From the NCBI GenBank assembly GCA_036630325.1, contig CP142728.1, positions 992,001 to 1,056,000 of the forward strand: DNA of 64,000 nucleotides, in the 5' to 3' direction. Under the pieces are notes generated by a model, which had not been told where the DNA came from, did no database searches, and saw only the letters and a program-made list of their open reading frames with translations. The DNA comes from Vairimorpha necatrix (lineage: Eukaryota). Positions 51,864 through 63,200 of the stretch are shown here, in pieces. The position numbers and the translations under genes are program-made. The stretch's first letter is position 1. Each line of letters opens with the position of its first letter.

Positions 51864-53965
51864 AAATATTTTATCCTTAGAAGGGTACGATAATGAGGAC
51901 AAGAGAAACAACAAATAATCTAAATCCAATAAACAATAATATTTTAGACACGTTTCTCAGTGGTGGATACCACAAGTTAAATTTAACGAAGATGTATCCT
52001 AAGCTAAACAAAGGGATAAAGACTGAAAAAGACAAAGAAATGATCAGCTTTAAAATTAAAGTCAAAGGCCTAAAAGAGCCAATTATTAAGCAATTAGAAA
52101 TAGTAAAAAGTATGGAAAAAACCAACATGTTAGAGTGGTTTAGAAAATTTGACGAGCTTAGCAGTAAACTAGAATGGAACGAGGAAGAGAGCCTTTTAGT
52201 ATTGCAGAATGTAGTTCAAGTCAAGGAGTGCGAAGGAAGAAACGGGGACCAAACTTACGCGAAACTTAGAGACGGGATACTGAATAAAGCGTACCCACAT
52301 CATCTATTCTCAAATGTAAGCATTAGATTACTGGAAATTAAACAATACAAGTATGATTTGATAGAAGAAATGTTCGTGGAGATTCATGCCAAACTAGAAG
52401 TGGCTTCGTATTTAGAAAAGTACACCAAGAATGAATATGAAAGAAGATTTAACGAAGTTTGCTTAAATGCACTATCAGAGTCCACAAAAGATTATGTCAT
52501 GAAATCAGGAGTTAAAAATGTTAAGGAAATCATTAACTTACTAATAAATCTCGAGAAAGAACTAGTAGTTAGAATAAAGAATGATTTGGATCTAGCCAGG
52601 TGTAATCAAAACGAACCCAGAGAACCCATGCAGAGAAAAGAAATGAACCGATGGTGTAGTGTGCATAAATCTAAAACGCATAACACCAGAGATTGCTTCA
52701 GTAAGAACACTAGGAGTCAAAATAATACCCCTAGTGCCGATACAGAAGAATCTAAATTAAACAAAGATATTAAGTTTTCGCATTGTAAGGTAATTTTAAA
52801 AGAAAAATCGGAGTATTTAATAGTACAACTCCCCATTTCTATCAATGACCAGATGGTAATCGCTATATTAGATACAGGATGCACTAAAAGCCTAATAAGT
52901 GCAAAAAGGTGAATCAATTAGGAATTATTACAAGAAAAGATAGAGAAATATGCTTCATATTCGGAAACGGCCATCAAAAGAAGTCGGCAGATATAATAGA
53001 AGAGAAAATTAAAGTGAACATGTTAGATCTTGAACACCCAACAAGACTACATGTAATAAAAGAACTATCAGCAGATATAATTTTAGGAGTGGAATTTTTA
53101 TGCGAGAATCAAATACTTCTCAATTTTGCTACACAAACAATATATTGTAATCAAAAGATTATCAACATGGTAAATGGACTACCTCAACCGTACGAGGAGA
53201 ATAGAGATTTACTACTTCAGAAATGCTTTTGGATAAACAAAGAGACTGTCAGTTCCGGAAACACTTCCAGATTAATGAAATACATGGAAAATAATGATTT
53301 ATATAAAGAAATGAAGATTAATAAAATTTCATTCGAAATCAACAACAAAGAGGATTTGAGAATAACTAATAAAAAATACTCAATCCCGCACAAGTATCTG
53401 GATGCAACGAAACGAGAGATACAGAGACTCTTGAATGAGAAAATAATCCAATACAGTGAATGTAAGTACAGCAGCCCAGCTTTTGTCATTGCCAGGAAGA
53501 ACCACGAAATAAGATTAGTGGTAGATTATAGGGAACTTAACAGACATATAGTTGATGAAATAGACCTATTGCCGAAAATAGAAGATATGATCAATGAGGT
53601 CAAAGGGGCGAAGTATTTTTCTAAAATCGATCTAAAAAACGGGTTTAACCAAGTACCTATATAAGAGAACTCAATGAATGTGACAAGCTTTAGAATTCTA
53701 GGGAACGCATACAGATATACAAGAATCCCATTCGGCATTGAATCGGGTCCAAAATTATTCCAAAGGACTAAAATAAAATACTGGCTGAAATACCCCAAGT
53801 AGTAGTATATATAGATGACATCTTAATATACACATCAACCAAGGAGGAACATAATAAGATCCTAAACCAAGTACTAGATAGGCTGTCTAGTTACGAAATA
53901 AAAATTAACTTTGAAAAGAGTATATTTGGCGTTAAAGAAGTCGAAATGTTGGGACTTATAATAAA

Positions 53966-56900
53966 TGTTAACCATTTATTTATTAAGGGTTCTAAACCCT
54001 ACATCCCCCCTCCAGACGGGTAGTCTCTCCATCTTCTAAACAACTCTTCCTTATCTCTTTCAAATCATAATGCCTCTTTTTAACAATTTTACCATCCAGT
54101 AGTCTCACAATATATGAATCATTTTCACTTATAGCTACGATCCTTCCGCGACCCGTGAATCTTCCCTTGTCTGTTTTCGCACGTGTACCTAAATTTTCTC
54201 TCCTAGCGATTCTTACCTCTTGGCCTACTGTAAATGTCTCTCTGTGTCTTCTCTTGAACCGACCAGCATATTTTCCATTTTCATCATTTTCAATTATAAC
54301 TTCAGCAGTTTGATCTCTCCACGCTTCCATCGGCGTACATTTTATTGCTGTATGTAGTGTATTATTATATCCTTTGATTGCTCTTTCTATCTTTTCAGAA
54401 ATATTCCCATCATTTTGCTTTATCAATGTCTCTCTTATAGTTCTGATGCATCTCTCGATTCTACCATTACTCCTATGAGCTTCTAAGCCCACTTTCCTAT
54501 GTTTAATATCATTAATACTACACCATTCTTTAAATCTATTACTTACAAACTCTTTTCCGTTGTCTGTCACATATTCCTCTGGAAATCCATCTTCCCTTAT
54601 CCACTTTTTTAATACCTCTATAACTTCACTACTCTCTTTACATCTCAAATTCGAACCCCACAACCTTCTAGTAAAGTAATCAATACCCAGTAACACATAC
54701 CTATTCTCTCCACCTATGTCCATTAAATCCAACGCCACTTTCTCCAATTTCTTTCTAGTTACTACGAAATCACATCCTCCTGGGTTTTTCCTATTGTTAA
54801 TCCCACATATTTCACAATTCTTAATTACCTTATTAATATGATCTTTCATACCAGGCCAATACCATCTTTGTTTAATGTTATAATAAGTGCCTTTGACACC
54901 TCTATGGTTTAACTCCTCATGTACTCTTGTTATTTCATGTTCTCTACTATCTAGGCTCAATATCTCTTTCACCTCACCTGTGGAAAATTCCCAATACTGT
55001 TTACCGTCCTTTTCTTTAATATGTTTCTGCTTTTTTCCCAAAATTTGTTTTTCGATCACTTCTTTTCTCTTGTTGTCCTTTTCTTTTTGTTCATCCGAAA
55101 CTTCTACCTGATCATACTGCCTACTTAACGCATCTGCATCTGTCATCAACTCCCTTTTCACATACTCTATTGTAAAGTCAAACTCTTGAATCTGTTCTAC
55201 CCATCTGTTTATTCTGTTATTATTGAAGTATGGCTTATTTCTGATCTCTGCTAATGCTTTATGATCCGTCATCAAATGAAATTTCCTTCCTCTCAAATCA
55301 CTTTCAAACTTCTTTATTCCAAAAAACACCGCCAACATCTCCTTCTCACTTATCGTATATCTTCGCTCGGTAGGAGTCAACATTTTCGATGCCCATTGTA
55401 TCGGAATCCACTCACCCTCTTTATTTTCTTGTAATAGAATTGCTCCGATCCCCGTATCACACGCATCAGTTCTTACTCTAAATAGCTTTTTTCCGTCCGG
55501 AATCTTCAACTTTTTCATATCTCTCAAGCCTTGCTTCATATCCTCAAAGGCTCTTTCCATATCCTCCGTCCAATTCCACTTAACATCTTTCTTTAAAGCC
55601 TCAGTAAGCCTTACTGTTCTATACGCATAGTTGGGAATAAAGTCTCTAAACCAACCAGTTAGTCCTAAAAATCTTCTTAACTCTCTAACATTCTCAGGTT
55701 TTCTATATTCCAATGTCTCCTGCTTTTTAATCTCATTCGGTCCCATGACCTCCCCATTAATTGTTACTCCCAGCAACATCACCTCATCTTTTTTGTATTG
55801 TATCTTTGTTTGGTTTATTCTCAACCAACACTCTTTAAACTTTTTAATTACCCTCTCTAGTAACTCGTCATGCACTCTTACGTCTTTTCCATGAATAACT
55901 ATATCATCCATATATACTTCCACGCCTTTACCTCTGAATTCATCTAAAACTCTGTTCATTACTCTCTGCATTATATGAAGCGAATTCTTAAACCCCATAA
56001 CCATACTATTCCATTCGTATACTCGACCATTCACTTCAAATGCTGTTTTGTGCTTATGGTGCTTCTCAATCTCAATATGATAAAACCCTTCTTTTAAGTC
56101 GATAACCGTAAATACTTTTGACCCCTGTGTGGCTCTCATAATATCCTTAATTAACGGTAGTGAGTACGGGTCCTTGTCAACCAAATCGTTTAACGCCATC
56201 AAATTGCTTACCAATCTTACGTCCCCATTTGGGTTTTCAAGTGCTCTTATTGGACTCCTCCACTCACTTTTGGAACGTCTTATAACCCCTCTATTTTCCA
56301 ACTTATTCAAGTACTCCTCAAATTTCACCCTAAGGTAGTATGGCACATTCTGCCCTCTTTTCACAACCTTTTCACCTTGCTTAGTATTTATTGGACACTT
56401 CTCTCCTGTGAGATATTTTATCTTTTCTTCTGATTCTTTAAAAACTTCCGGATACTTTTCAATTAAATTTTCTAACTTATTTTCTGTTTTACATCTTTTC
56501 TCTTCATTGTTGATAATTGGTTCTTTCTGTAAAACTTGTTCCTTTTTAATTTTATATTTTTCCCTACCAGCTACACTTTCATAACATTCTCTAGCGTAAT
56601 GCCCTTCTTTCTTACATATAAAACATTTTGTAGTTTCTCTGATTTCTCTTCTTTTCCTATACATCCTAAGATTTTCTTTTCTTTCTTCCCTAAACTCTTT
56701 CAACACTTTATCCATAATCTCTTTAATCATTTCTTGTCTTTCTTCTGACTCTCTCTCAAATTCTGCTCCTTTTTGTAAGCCTTTATAAATTTCCTCCCAA
56801 CTGCTCCTTCCGTCACAAAAATTTTCAAAAATATAATCCTGCAAGTTCGCAGATGCCAAATCCATAACATCTTTCCACTCAACTTTCAATATTAACTTTA

Positions 56901-57031
56901 GTCTCTTATCTATCCTAATTGCCTCTTTCTCTAATGTTCTAGCCTCTTGACTACGGGACTCTCTTGTTTCCCTGTTCATCCTTGTGTTCGCCATGTTAAC
57001 CATTTATTTATTAAGGGTTCTAAACCCTACA
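53966..57031 (-). mobile_element. Minimal Ty3/Gypsy element H, 3066 bp, identical 38-bp LTRs
   Basis: LTRs 53966-54003 and 56994-57031 (TG...CA); ATAAA duplication; TGGCGAAC directly after the 5' LTR; polypurine tract GGAGGGGGGA. Confidence 0.95.
53992..57003 (-). CDS. Gag-RT-RNase H-IN polyprotein (1003 aa), no protease motif visible
   Basis: CFICKKEGHYAREC knuckle followed closely by the RT N-terminus; YMDD; TDACD; HHCC and DDE integrase; single uninterrupted ORF. Confidence 0.92.
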   Translation of the reverse strand: MVNMANTRMNRETRESRSQEARTLEKEAIRIDKRLKLILKVEWKDVMDLASANLQDYIFENFCDGRSSWEEIYKGLQKGAEFERESEERQEMIKEIMDKVLKEFREERKENLRMYRKRREIRETTKCFICKKEGHYARECYESVAGREKYKIKKEQVLQKEPIINNEEKRCKTENKLENLIEKYPEVFKESEEKIKYLTGEKCPINTKQGEKVVKRGQNVPYYLRVKFEEYLNKLENRGVIRRSKSEWRSPIRALENPNGDVRLVSNLMALNDLVDKDPYSLPLIKDIMRATQGSKVFTVIDLKEGFYHIEIEKHHKHKTAFEVNGRVYEWNSMVMGFKNSLHIMQRVMNRVLDEFRGKGVEVYMDDIVIHGKDVRVHDELLERVIKKFKECWLRINQTKIQYKKDEVMLLGVTINGEVMGPNEIKKQETLEYRKPENVRELRRFLGLTGWFRDFIPNYAYRTVRLTEALKKDVKWNWTEDMERAFEDMKQGLRDMKKLKIPDGKKLFRVRTDACDTGIGAILLQENKEGEWIPIQWASKMLTPTERRYTISEKEMLAVFFGIKKFESDLRGRKFHLMTDHKALAEIRNKPYFNNNRINRWVEQIQEFDFTIEYVKRELMTDADALSRQYDQVEVSDEQKEKDNKRKEVIEKQILGKKQKHIKEKDGKQYWEFSTGEVKEILSLDSREHEITRVHEELNHRGVKGTYYNIKQRWYWPGMKDHINKVIKNCEICGINNRKNPGGCDFVVTRKKLEKVALDLMDIGGENRYVLLGIDYFTRRLWGSNLRCKESSEVIEVLKKWIREDGFPEEYVTDNGKEFVSNRFKEWCSINDIKHRKVGLEAHRSNGRIERCIRTIRETLIKQNDGNISEKIERAIKGYNNTLHTAIKCTPMEAWRDQTAEVIIENDENGKYAGRFKRRHRETFTVGQEVRIARRENLGTRAKTDKGRFTGRGRIVAISENDSYIVRLLDGKIVKKRHYDLKEIRKSCLEDGETTRLEGGCRV

Positions 57032-58886
57032 ATAAATGAAAAAGAAATCCGGCCTAACATAACCAGTATTGATAAAATAATGACAAAATTGGACATTTCA
57101 AAACGTAGAGAGCTACAGAAAATCTTAGGTGTCTTAAACTGGTACAGAGAATTTGCGCCAAATTTTAGTGCCAAAGTTATGGCTTTAACCGATAAACTGA
57201 AAGGAGGCGACCAAAAAGTAGAACTAACTGACAAAGAAAAGGGAATTATAAAGAATTTGGTCAGCGAAATTAAGTAAAATGGGAGATCGGTAGCCCCGAA
57301 TTACGCAGAAGAATTCTGCTTACAGACTGATGCTTCCGAGAAAGCCATGGGAGCTGTATTATTTCAACAGCGCGGATGCATTGGATATTATAGCAAAAAA
57401 TTTACCGTTACGGAAGGAAATTACACAATTGTCGAAAAAGAAATGTTCGCAATTTTACAAAGTTTAACATTTTTTAAAGGGATTATCATGGGCTATCCGG
57501 TAAAAGTTATGTGCGATAATAGAAATTGTCTATTTGATACCCAGAATAATAACAACAGAATGATAAGATGGAAGATGATGCTTAATGAATATAATTTTAC
57601 ACTAAAAGGCATAGAGGGGAAGAAAAATGTAATCGCAGACCAGCTGTCACGAATAGCAGAGGAAGTACTACAAGTAAAAATAAATAACGGAGATAAAGCG
57701 AGTAAAGCTTTTAAAAGGGAAGTAACGGTTTCGGAAACAATGAAGAGCAGTAAGATACGCATACGCCCGAATGAGAGCGAAAGATTTATTAAAAATATGC
57801 ACTTAAAAAGCAAGCATGCAGGAATGTTTGTTTTATACCATGATCTGAAAGATTATTATATTATGTATAAAATGAAGGAGTATCAAAAGGGTAGTTACCA
57901 GCTGTCAGAACTGCAAAGTCAACAAAAAATTCAGCTACCACAGATTTGAAGAGAAAGCAGAAATCACAGCTAATACACCTTTTGAAAAAATATGTTCAGA
58001 TATATACGGCCCATCAAAAATAAACAAAAAGAAATGGTATATACTGACGATCGTCGATGTTTACACCAGATACACCAAAGTGTATAAATTAAGAGAAATT
58101 TCAGATAAGAGAGTTGTAGAGTGTTTTGAAAAATGGTGCAAGGAGTTCCAATATCCAGAAAAGGTAATTACAGATAACGGAACTCAGTATACGAGTAACC
58201 GAGTTTAGAACTTTATGAATAAACATAACATAAAAATTATACATGTACCCAAATACCTCCCTCAAAGCAATGGGATCAGTGAGAGAACGAATAGTACCAT
58301 ATCAGAAATAATTAGATTATATAAAACGGAACCTCTGGAAAATATAATAGAAAATATCGAGGTGAGACTGAATAAAAACTTTAGAAGATCGATAGGCTGT
58401 GCACCGGAAGAATTAGTCACAGGAAAAAATAATTTGATCCCAATGGTAGAATTCGGGTTAAGAAATTAGTAAGAATAAGGAAAAAGAATCCGTCTAAGAA
58501 AAGGATCAAAGAAGTGAAAATCGGAGATAAGGTGTATGTCAAGAACTTTCAAGCTAAGAAATGGGAAAAGGTATTTACAGGGCCACACATAGTAGAATCA
58601 GTGGGAAAAAATAACCGATGGATCAAGGTAAAAGGAATCTATGAATGGATTCACATTGCAGACACCAAAATATAAAGTGAAAGGAGAGGCAGATTATGAT
58701 ATCCCAAATATCATAAAATTATATTTTATAAATATTTCCCTCCAAATTTCTCAGTTTTCCCTCCTAAAAGTATTTAAATATTTTATTTTTAGAAGGGTAC
58801 GATAATGAGGACAAGAGAAACAACAAATAATCTAAATCCAATAAACAATAATATTTTAGACACGTTTCTCAGTGGTGGATACCACA

Positions 58887-58986
58887 GGTGTATTGAGCCA
58901 GGCGTTTTCGTTTTTCATCAGACCCATGAAAGTGGATCTCTAGTTATATTATGACTAAGGATGTATCCTATGGGAATAAACTTTTC
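58887..58986 (+). repeat. Module R, partial copy 4
   Basis: Matches the central 100 nt of R copies 2 and 3; bounded by the LTR of F and the Merlin TIR. Confidence 0.9.
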
Positions 58987-60195
58987 GGCGCTACTTCATT
59001 TTCTTGCCCCCCCCCCTAAAAAAAACATCAATAAAAAGATACAAAATCGTGTTATTTTTCAAATCTAAACATTTTTTCGAGGGGGCAAGAAAATGAAGTT
59101 AAGGTATTTTTTGTCGATTTGAGAATTTTTAAATGCCTCCTGCAGATTCCTCATTAAGGGGTTAAAAAATTTTAATTTTTTAAACCCTTAATGAGGAATC
59201 TGCAGGAGGCTATCGCGAGCTAAATATCTGCGAAGATGCGTGCTTTAGGAACAAAGAAGCAGCAATTGATTTTTTTAGATAATGGTCTTCTAAAAAGATC
59301 GATTGCTTGCAGACATTGTTCGACATCAGAACGAACTGTTCTTATGAACATTAGTGGATGTTCCGGCTACATTGACGGTAAAGCTTATCGTTGTGTTAAT
59401 AAAAAGTATGGTTCGAAGAGCTTACTTAAAAATGGTACGATGTTTAAAGGGATAAGCTTTCCATTTCACAAAATTCTTAGAGCATTCTATTGCTGGGTAT
59501 TTAATTATACTACTTACCAAGCAATAGATCTTTGCAAGATATGTGAAAATTCATATCTTAAAATCAAGGATACAGTGATGGAAATCATTGCTTCTAAAAG
59601 CGATGATAGCTACCAAATTGGAGGAACTTCTGTTCGTGTACAATTTGATGAAACCGCCATATGCAACGGGTTAATTGTATCTAATCCTTCTTCAACTTTG
59701 GATTTCATGCCTGGAATTCAATGGATTATAGGCGGCGTAGTAGAAGGTAATTGTGGAGAATTTGTTGTTGATTTGCTACCTAATCGACAATCTAGTACTA
59801 TTGAAGACTTTTTTAGACGCAGACTAAAACGTGGGTCTATTACAATTACTGATTGTTACTGTTCATAACCATCAGCCTCTACAAATTTTGGGAGTGAACA
59901 TTACATAGTAAATCATTCGCTTGGATTTATAATGCAGAAGGAGACCACACAAATAATATAGAAAATTTGTGGTCCCATTTGAAGAATGAATATAGATCGA
60001 GAAGTCGTGTTAAAAGGCATAGGATAAATTTATTTCTAAAAGAATTTGCTTGGAAAAAAAGAAAAATCAATCATTCTAAAAATGATCATAGGTGTGCTTA
60101 TATAAAAATTCTAGAACTTAGTAGGTTGGAATAAATAAAATTTCTTTTTATTGATGTTTTTTTAAGGGGGGGGGGCAAGAAAATGAAGTAGCGCC
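58987..60195 (+). mobile_element. Merlin (IS1016/ISXO2-like) DNA transposon with ~55-bp TIRs; transposase disrupted
   Basis: TIR GGCGCTACTTCATTTTCTTGCCCCCC... and its reverse complement ending at 60195; ORF 59236-59868 with CxxC, VQFDET, WIIGG, PNR, ITD motifs, continuing past a stop and frameshift (VNHS, HTNNIENLW). Confidence 0.9.
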
Positions 60196-60234
60196 AAATT
60201 ATTGAACCCAAACAAAAAAACAAAAGCAGAGGTT

Positions 60235-63200
60235 GTAAGTTCCGTCGAGGCATGAGACGTAAAAAAAATGCAATTTCGGTTAGAATGGAGATGTTTGGTT
60301 GTCTAACAGAAGAGAAGATGATGGCTTACATCAGTTGAGGGACCCGGATACCGGATAGGTGAAGACGTGGAGGTGCAACGAAGAGCTATTGAGAAAAAGT
60401 ATTAACTGTAATAAGATCTAACATAGGATATGTGCAGATCGAATGTGGTGGTAATCCCACTATTCGCACTTAAAGTTATAGTGGATAGATAGCTAAATTA
60501 TTAGTGTTCAAAAATCCAGAGAGATTTATAAACAAAAGAAATCATAAAGAAACTATGTTGTCGATGAAAAATGAGATGGCAAATAAAATCCGGATTCATT
60601 GTTGGAGAGACATGCGTAAAGGAAACCCACATGCCCATAGACTTTGAGTATTTAAACAGGGAAAGAAGTACCGTAAAGACCAATACAAGAAGAATTAGTA
60701 AGACGCGAAAGAATATAGCGCAGCAAATGGTCGATAAACTTAAAAATGCACTTTTATTTCGAGAGCCAAGTAGTATGTGTAGGAAGTAGTAAAGATAATT
60801 TTATCACCCAGTACTAAATTTGGCGCGGGGATGTTGAGAATATATATTTAATAATTTTACTCTTAACTTACTGTTGGATGGCTATAAATAGCAATATTAT
60901 TATTAAATACCCCTTATGTCTACTATTCTCAACATGGCACCCGATACGGAAAACTCGTATAGAAGGATGGAAGCACCCAACTTCAGTTTAAAAAGTGCAG
61001 TTGTAGATTGCATGAAGTTTGAGATATATTTTAAAGACAAAAATATAATTGTAGATGAGGAAAAAATAAACACCGTCTTATTATTTTCAGACGATGAAGC
61101 CGCTTATTTCTTGTACACAAACAAAGAAAAATTTACAAAAATTACATGGCGAACATTTAAGGGAAGAATTTAAAATACATGGAAAGTAAGCTTTAGAGAA
61201 AATTTTAAAATCAAAACAAAAATATAATGAAGCAACAGCAACTTGGATAAAAAGAGTTCTTCCCCTGGCAAGTGCAGCCAAATTGCCTCAAGAATATAGT
61301 AAAATGCTCATTAAGAATACATGTGTTAACTTAGATTCAATGTTGATTATCCAAGAATGTTTGATGGAACGTAATATTTACAAAGAGAAAGAAATGATAC
61401 TAAAAGATAAAGATGAAGTGGAATATATTAAGAAAACTGTAAAAAAAGATAAGAGCTAATAGAGAGACAGTAATGAGAAGAAAAAGGGTTTCAGAGCCAA
61501 GACATAAAGAACTTATTAAACAAACTGACAAAACTGAAATGAAAAAATTTAATCAATTAGTAAAAGAGCCTATAGATTATAACAAAAGTGATAATGTAAC
61601 TGAGATAAAACTAAACAGTGTAAATATCTCCGCTTTTATGGATGAGGGATCAGATGTGAACATTATCAATGAAAAGAAAGTAGAAGAAAGAGGACTTATT
61701 GCATTACCCTGTGAACATACAACAATAAAAAACGTATTTGGGGTAGTAACAGAACTGACTAAAAAGGTAGAGGTAACATTAAAAATCAATGATATTATAC
61801 TTACTCAGGAATGTTATGTAGGAGCTTTTAAGAATTCCAATGAAGACATAGTTATCGGCAGGCCAACGTTAAATAAAGTAAAAAACTTAAAAAAAACTTT
61901 TGAGCTTGTATGAAAATTTCCAAGGGTTTTTGATGGAAAGACAAGTAAAGGATACACGGATATAATGTGTGAGATAAACACGCCGATAGGTAAGAAAGTG
62001 AATATAAAATACAGAAATATACCACAGGCCCCAATGAAAGGAGCACAAGAAACAATCAACAAATTATTAGAACAAGGATATATAAAATGTTCGACATCAG
62101 CTTGGTGTAATCCCATAAGACCAGTATTGAAACCAGATGGCACTGTTAGAATTACAAAAAATATGCAATTTCTGAATAACCTAGTTGAAGATAACAACTA
62201 TACAACACCTGTAATGCAAAACATAGTAGATGCCACGCGAGGCAAAAGATTTTTTACAGTTATAGATCTGACAGATGCCTACTATTAAATATACCTGAAA
62301 CCTGAACATAAATATAAAACCGCATTGTATTTTAAAAATAAACTACACCAATACACACGGATGCCACAAGGCTTTAAGAATTCACCTGGCATGTTTCAAA
62401 TGATAATGGATAGACTACTAGAAAACCACCTTGAAACTGCTCGTTGCGTCTATTTAGACGACATAATAATTTTTGGAACAACAGAAGAAGAACATGACAA
62501 TAACCTAGCTAATGTTTTGACAATACTTGAAAAAAACAACTTCGAGGTTAACCCAACTAAATTATAATTTAAACAAGAAACTATTAAATTATTAGGAATG
62601 ATGATCGATGGAAAGAAACAATATCCAATAGAACAAAATCAAAAAAGGTATTAGATTTTAAAGTACCAACCACAGTTAATGAGGTACAACGATTTCTAGG
62701 ATTAGCCAATTATTACAGAAGGTTTATCTCAAACCTATCTACAATTTTTGCTCCGCCTTATGAATTACTTAAAAAGAAGAATGAGTTTATATGGAAGAAG
62801 GAGCAACAAAAAGCATTTGATATTATTAAAGAAAGAATCAACAGTAAGATTGCTAGACATAAACCTGAACACGACAAACTCTTTATACTATCCACCGACG
62901 CATCAAATACAGGAATCGGTGCATGCCTAGAACAAGAGCACAATAACGAAATTGCAGTAGTAGATTGGGCATCAAAGAAGCTGACAGATGCTGAGAAAAA
63001 ATATGGAATTACAGAAAAGGAATTTCTAGCGATGGCTTGGTGTATTACACACTTTGATTATTATCTACGAGGAAGAAAGTTTAAAGTAATAACAGATCAT
63101 TCTGCAATTTTATTATGAAAGACAAACACATTTTTGGAAACCTACGACTAGAACGAATGAGAGAAAAATTACAGGATTATGATTTCGAAATTGAATATCG

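Larger units (their letters stand above)
51861..58886 (+). mobile_element. Ty3/Gypsy element F (palindrome-PBS group); 5' LTR truncated; contains nested H
   Basis: 5' LTR remnant to 51974; 3' LTR ~58695-58886; gag-PR 51893-52912 (WCSVHKSKTHNTRDC, LDTGC); RT split by H at ATAAA; RNase H and IN 57.3-58.7 kb. Confidence 0.9.

Noticed and set aside
52895-52915. Programmed gag-pol frameshift in element F
   Set aside because: It falls inside the protease at an A-run. Related element B is in frame there, and similar homopolymer frameshifts occur throughout the window (decay or sequencing error).
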